NCBI GenBank assembly: GCA_965247285.1
Contig: CBDFHD010000003.1
Span: forward strand, 82,795 to 146,794
Length of the DNA stretch: 64,000 nucleotides
From: Candidatus Poribacteria bacterium
GTDB lineage: Bacteria > Poribacteria > WGA-4E > WGA-3G
Direction: 5' to 3'
Part shown: one piece after another, positions 60,451 through 64,000 of the stretch
Layout of the letters: every line of letters starts with the position of its first letter
Position numbering within the stretch: position 1 is the first letter of the stretch
The notes under the pieces: model-generated
What the model saw: the letters and a program-made list of their open reading frames with translations, nothing else
The model's database searches: none
Told to the model about the DNA's origin: nothing
Translations under genes and position numbers: made by a program

Positions 60451-61524
60451 ATGAATCTTTCCCGAAAAATTACTGAAGCCCAGAAAGCACTCGATGCACA
60501 CGTCCGAGAAATCGTCAAATGGCATTTCAGTCCAAAGACCGGATGTCCCTTCTGGCTGGAGTTCGCAAAAAATCTCGATTTTGACCCGCGTAAAGAAATC
60601 GGTGGTTATGCCGACCTCAAGTGCCTCGGGCATTTCGAGGACGAATGGCTCCGCGGTGGACCGGTGCGGCGTTGGGTCCCTAAGGCTTACGCCGATGAAC
60701 CGATTTACGTCTTTGAGACCGGTGGATCGACAGGCGTACCCAAGTCGCGAATCAGTATTCGTGATTTTTACATTGATTATGAACTGTTCAGTGAAACGCT
60801 TTCCGATGAAGGGTTTCCGACCGGTAGCGATTGGCTCATGTTGGGGCCGACGGGACCGCGACGCTTACGACTTGCTGTTGAGCATCTCGCGCAACATCGC
60901 GGCGGTATCTGTTTCCATGTAGACCTCGACCCGCGTTGGGTGAATCAACTCGTGCGTTACGGAAAAAATGAGGAATTGGACGCGTATAAAAACCATGTTA
61001 TCGGACAGGCACTCAACGTGCTGCGCGCCCATGAAAACGTTCAATGCCTCTTCACCACGCCGAAACTGTTGGAAGCATTGTGTGAAAAAATTTCCGTGCC
61101 GAAGGTTGGTATTAAAGGTATCTTTTGTGGCGGCACCGAGATGGACGCGCAATTCCACCGCTTCGCACGTGAGGAACTCGTACCCGGTATAGATTTTATC
61201 CCGACCTACGGCAATACTCTGATGGGGTTAGCCACTTGCAAGCCCTTCGATCCGGCGGACAACTATGCTATTATCTATTATCCACCGCAACCGCGCGCTG
61301 TTATTGAACTCGTTAATCCAGAGAATCCAGAGGAACTTGTTGATTATGGTGAAACCGGACGTGTTATGCTAACCACGTTAACTAAAGAGTTTTTCGTTCC
61401 ACGTTTTCTGGAACGTGACGAAGCCGAACGCGCCGAACCAATTCCAGGATACCCTTGGGACGGTGTTGAAAATCTCCGTCTGCTCACAGAACTCCAAGAA
61501 AGCGTCGTTGTGGGGGTTTACTAA
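60451..61524 (+). CDS. GriC/EhpF-like adenylate-forming enzyme (LuxE/PaaK-related)
   Basis: WHFSPKTGCPFW, FETGGSTGVPK P-loop, DLDPRWV, YGNTLMG, GETGRVMLTTL, FLERDEA. Confidence 0.8.
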   Translation: MNLSRKITEAQKALDAHVREIVKWHFSPKTGCPFWLEFAKNLDFDPRKEIGGYADLKCLGHFEDEWLRGGPVRRWVPKAYADEPIYVFETGGSTGVPKSRISIRDFYIDYELFSETLSDEGFPTGSDWLMLGPTGPRRLRLAVEHLAQHRGGICFHVDLDPRWVNQLVRYGKNEELDAYKNHVIGQALNVLRAHENVQCLFTTPKLLEALCEKISVPKVGIKGIFCGGTEMDAQFHRFAREELVPGIDFIPTYGNTLMGLATCKPFDPADNYAIIYYPPQPRAVIELVNPENPEELVDYGETGRVMLTTLTKEFFVPRFLERDEAERAEPIPGYPWDGVENLRLLTELQESVVVGVY

Positions 61525-61608
61525 TTATTTCTCTTTGGCAGAAGAGTCGATAGTCCATATTACCGAAGGCGGATCCGGTGTCATTTATCATGGAGTAAGA
61601 ACTTATCA

Positions 61609-61947
61609 ATGCGTAGGGCACATCCGAGAAAGATGCAATTCCACCGGACCTCAAATGGGCGTGAACCTTTCCCTGAATGGTTGGAATCAATTCGAGATAC
61701 AAGGACGCAAACCCGAATCCGAAAACGGCTTGACCAACTTGAAGGCGGCAATTTTGGCGATTGCCAATCTGTAGGTGGCGGTGTATATGAGCTGCGTCTC
61801 CATTTCGGTGCAGGCTATCGCATCTATTTTGGTGAAATTGATAACACTATCGTCCTCCTGCTCTGTGGTGGGGATAAGTCGTCGCAGCCACAAGACATTG
61901 AACAGGCAAAAATCTATTGGTTGGAACACAAGGAGATGTACCAATGA
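61609..61947 (+). CDS. Type II toxin, RelE/HigB-like addiction module killer protein
   Basis: EPFPEWLESIRD, GNFGD..SVGGGVYELRLHFGAGYRIYF, LLLCGGDKSSQ. Confidence 0.92.
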   Translation: MRRAHPRKMQFHRTSNGREPFPEWLESIRDTRTQTRIRKRLDQLEGGNFGDCQSVGGGVYELRLHFGAGYRIYFGEIDNTIVLLLCGGDKSSQPQDIEQAKIYWLEHKEMYQ

Positions 61948-62351
61948 GAGAACTAAGAACATGGCGCGAGTACCTGATTGAACAACTTGCCTCCAACTGG
62001 GAGGCTGCGATTGACTATCTTCAAGTGACAGTGGAAGATTACCAACACGACGGGGACACGCCCTTATTTATGCTGGGGCTCCGGACTTTTGTAGAATCGC
62101 AAGGAGGAATTGCTGAAGTCGCCAAAAGGACTGGCATTGCACCAGAATCTCTTTCAAAAGTCCTGTCTAGTGATGATCCACCACGGATTGACACGCTCGG
62201 GACTATCCTCAACACTTTTGGATGGCGGCTTTCGATTGAACCACTAGAGAATGTAGAACCTAATCTTCAGTGCCAAAGCAGAAAAAGGTTGAAACTGAAA
62301 ACAGGAATGGAGAAAACCGCGGCGCAATTGGTCGAATCATCTTCATCTTGA
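61944..62351 (+). CDS. Addiction module antidote (HTH antitoxin)
   Basis: ATGA overlap with the toxin; GGIAEVAKRTGIAPESLSKVLS...PRIDTL. Confidence 0.9.
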   Translation: MRELRTWREYLIEQLASNWEAAIDYLQVTVEDYQHDGDTPLFMLGLRTFVESQGGIAEVAKRTGIAPESLSKVLSSDDPPRIDTLGTILNTFGWRLSIEPLENVEPNLQCQSRKRLKLKTGMEKTAAQLVESSSS

Positions 62352-62478
62352 TTTTGTCCAACATCTGTCCACGAATGAGTTTCACAAGTCTTTTCCCATA
62401 GTGAACGAAAGTCCGAATATTTAGGTGGCTAAAGTCATCTTTAGCACAAGTGAATGCCCACTAAAAAGGAGTTTGAAC

Positions 62479-63180
62479 ATGCCAACGCAAATTGAAAAAG
62501 TCTTCCGGTCACCTTACGCGGTGCCGAACGGTTTACAGGTCACAGACGACGGTTTGTGGATCGTTGACCAGATTACCGACAGAGTCGCCTTAGTTGAAAT
62601 CACAGCAGACGTCGACTACACCGTGCCGAAACTCATCCGCGACATTCCGAGTGAATCCTCTAATACGAGCGGTATGGCGTATGGCGGCGGCGCGCTCTGG
62701 TTAGCCGCAAACGGATCTGGGGAACGCTGGCGTCCCGTCCGGGATACAGATGCCGAGACAGGTGAGATTTTCAAAGTAGATCCCGATACCGGCGAAACCC
62801 TTGGACGCTACCCAATACCCGATGGCGGCGGCACACACGGCGTTGAATATGATAACTACGACGAAGGACATCTGTGGGTCCAAACACTCAAGAATCAGGT
62901 CACACATAAGGTTAGAATCTCGGACTGGTCTATCCAAAAGACGCTTCCGTTACCTTATGGACGTGGACACGGTATGGTTCGCGTTGCAGATGGACTTTGG
63001 GCAACCCACACCTCTGATAGGGCTATCGTCAAACTTGACCTTAAAGACGGTACGCCGATTGATAAGATTGTGGTCCCCGAAGGTTACCCCGAACCGCACG
63101 GTTTATCCATCTACGGCGATGATTTCCTCTATTGTGATGCCTCCTCGGGGTGGGTGGCGAAGATTACACATACAGCGTAG
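62479..63180 (+). CDS. Small beta-propeller protein (Vgb/glutaminyl-cyclase-like repeats)
   Basis: PNGL, SGMAYGGGALW, THGVEY, GHGM, PHGLS blade repeats; AGGAG RBS. Confidence 0.7.
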   Translation: MPTQIEKVFRSPYAVPNGLQVTDDGLWIVDQITDRVALVEITADVDYTVPKLIRDIPSESSNTSGMAYGGGALWLAANGSGERWRPVRDTDAETGEIFKVDPDTGETLGRYPIPDGGGTHGVEYDNYDEGHLWVQTLKNQVTHKVRISDWSIQKTLPLPYGRGHGMVRVADGLWATHTSDRAIVKLDLKDGTPIDKIVVPEGYPEPHGLSIYGDDFLYCDASSGWVAKITHTA

Positions 63181-63194
63181 AACCTACACACTGC

Positions 63195-63277
63195 TGTGCC
63201 GTAACATAAAGTAGTAGGCACACTCCGTTGTGCCGTAACATAAAGTAGTAGGCACACTCCGTTGTGCCGTAACATAA
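63195..63277. repeat. 34-bp tandem repeat (about 2.5 copies) containing a GTAGGCACAC REP
   Basis: TGTGCCGTAACATAAAGTAGTAGGCACACTCCGT repeated; related single copy near 31390. Confidence 0.85.
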
Positions 63278-63286
63278 CAACAAGCG

Positions 63287-64000
63287 ATGATACATATCCC
63301 AATTTTACGCGCCGGACGTTCTTACAGAAGTCTGAACACCGTCCGCGTCCCACATATCAAAACGGGCGAGCCTTTGGTCGAGGTGAGCCAAGCCAACCGT
63401 GGATTGATAGCAAAGGACCTCGTTGACATCGCTCTGCAAAAAGAGGTGCTTGGACAACGTTCTGTCGCCGAATTGATCTCCATCTGTAAGGAGGCAGCGC
63501 GTCTTTTCACAACGGCGACGCTGCCACTTGACGGAACGGTTCAATCACCGACAGACTATATCCAACAGGTCTCCGGGACAACCGGTTTGCCTGAAGCACT
63601 CTGTCAACAGAATCTACTCAAGATTCAAGGGGTCTTGGAAAACATAGATACGGTTTTAGATGGGCTTACCCGTGGCTTGGATTTACAAGTTCTTGACACG
63701 GGATGGGGTGTCCAGAACGGACGCACGTTGAGTTATGTCTGTGAAACAGATTCACTCGGTGCTATCCTACCGAGCAATTCGCCGGGTGTGCATTCGTTGT
63801 GGGTGCCTGCTATTGCTTTGAAAGTTCCCGTTGTCCTAAAACCGGGACGCGAGGAACCGTGGACCCCCTACCGAATAGCACAAGCGTTTATCGCGGCGGG
63901 TGCTCCCGCGGAGGCGTTCAGTTTCTACCCAACCGATTACGGCGGTGCCAACGAAATCCTCGTCCGATGCGGACGCGCCATGCTTTTCGGTGGCGGTTCA
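63287..64000 (+). CDS. GriD/EhpG/LuxC-like aldehyde-dehydrogenase-fold reductase (runs off the window end)
   Basis: Absent from the ORF track; my translation gives MIHIPILRAGRSYRSL...LGAILPSNSPGVHSLWVPAIALKVPVVLKPGREEPWTPYRI...AMLFGGGS. Confidence 0.82.
   Translation, partial: MIHIPILRAGRSYRSLNTVRVPHIKTGEPLVEVSQANRGLIAKDLVDIALQKEVLGQRSVAELISICKEAARLFTTATLPLDGTVQSPTDYIQQVSGTTGLPEALCQQNLLKIQGVLENIDTVLDGLTRGLDLQVLDTGWGVQNGRTLSYVCETDSLGAILPSNSPGVHSLWVPAIALKVPVVLKPGREEPWTPYRIAQAFIAAGAPAEAFSFYPTDYGGANEILVRCGRAMLFGGGS

Noticed and set aside
63195-63277. CRISPR array
   Set aside because: Perfect tandem repeat with no unique spacers
60451-64000. Bioluminescence (luxCE) or phenazine biosynthesis cluster
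   Set aside because: No luxAB/luxD or phz core genes in the window; similarity is at family level only

Overview
Bacterial chromosomal window of about 50 genes, mostly on the + strand. Gene content suggests Candidatus Poribacteria, a sponge symbiont (inference): four Gfo/Idh/MocA oxidoreductases, three PhyH-like dioxygenases, two LamG proteins with a shared C-terminal KLxxxWxxxK tail, glycoside-hydrolase propellers, and ankyrin and HEAT proteins. I found no rRNA, tRNA, CRISPR-Cas or intact transposase. Highlights: (1) intergenic DNA holds a hierarchy of non-autonomous elements, in which many GTAG-type REP hairpin families are enclosed by, or targeted by, several distinct TIR-bounded MITE families, giving nested structures; one repeat family ends exactly at start codons. 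(2) A coupled ABC-type ATPase + PIN nuclease pair is a candidate defence system. (3) An SfiI-like restriction gene has lost its catalytic core by in-frame deletion, beside an intact m4C methyltransferase. (4) A helicase-less Type ISP-like RM fusion. (5) A PQQ-propeller cluster linked to GriC/GriD (EhpF/EhpG)-like carboxylate-reductase genes, interrupted by toxin-antitoxin inserts. (6) Two PhyH-fold enzymes with halogenase-like HxG/HxA iron sites. All family assignments come from motif recognition by eye, not from database searches.
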